Assembly: GCA_043228905.1 (NCBI GenBank)
Contig: JBHGNT010000010.1
Location: forward strand, 22,258,001-22,322,000
Source: Azolla caroliniana
Lineage: Eukaryota > Plantae > Polypodiophyta
DNA length: 64,000 nucleotides
Reading direction: 5' to 3'
Part shown: piece after piece, positions 63,561-64,000 of the stretch
Layout: every line of letters begins with the position of its first letter
How positions within the stretch are numbered: the first letter of the stretch is position 1
Program-made: the position numbers and the translations under genes
The notes under the pieces: model-generated
The model's database searches: none
Told to the model about the DNA's origin: nothing
Seen by the model: only the letters and a program-made list of their open reading frames with translations

Positions 63561-64000
63561 AATGGATCAGGTGCTCTTGATATACAAAGTTCCTAAGAGT
63601 CTCTAGGCTTTGATGCCCCGCTCTAGGATGAGAATATTGCTCCAAGTGATGGTAATTAAGCATTGAACTTGCTCTATAGATTAGATTTTAAAAGCATAAG
63701 AATAATGAGCCTCAAAGGTATGGATGAAACACATTCCAATGCACTGTCACTTAGGTACCATATGAAAAGATAGGACTGCGGTAAGATTTGAGGATAAATA
63801 AGGTGCAAATCATACAAAGGTGTAGACTCGGATGTAATAATAGAACAAATCGTTCTCAGCTAGAGCTTCCCAATGCAGAGAGTGGGAGGGGATGCTGCCA
63901 CATATAAAAATGAGGTATACATTTATCTGCTTATCTGCTAACAAAAAACTAAAGTTTAGTTATGGTTAACTCAAACATTCACATCAATGCTCAATTGATA

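Overview
AT-rich, intron-containing plant nuclear DNA, most likely from a fern or another seed-free vascular plant. That assignment is inferred from a DYW:WW-type PPR C-terminus and fern-like LINE and copia relics. The first ~15 kb is transposon-derived and holds a complete, apparently very young Ty1/copia element (4018-9357; matching 613-bp LTRs, ATTAT target-site duplication, intact 1357-aa polyprotein) amid older copia, LINE and MITE relics. The remaining ~49 kb holds nine protein-coding genes whose splicing could be reconstructed by eye: a TGA bZIP factor, a PMT20/21-like methyltransferase, RCE1/UBC12, plastid LPAT1, a PLS-class PPR, IRX10-like GT47, a C2/SRC2-like protein, a small acidic orphan protein, and S-formylglutathione hydrolase. 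The most notable observation is the PPR gene: a spliced N-terminal segment resembling the OSB/PTAC9 'PDF' ssDNA-binding motif is fused to an RNA-editing-type PLS-E array, and the remains of a DYW:WW deaminase lie broken just past the stop codon. Also notable are a ~480-nt intronic hairpin, a two-copy hAT MITE with 8-bp TSDs, CCGG enrichment and TGACG repeats in the young copia, and possible alternative-acceptor dual targeting of SFGH. All alignments were done by eye.
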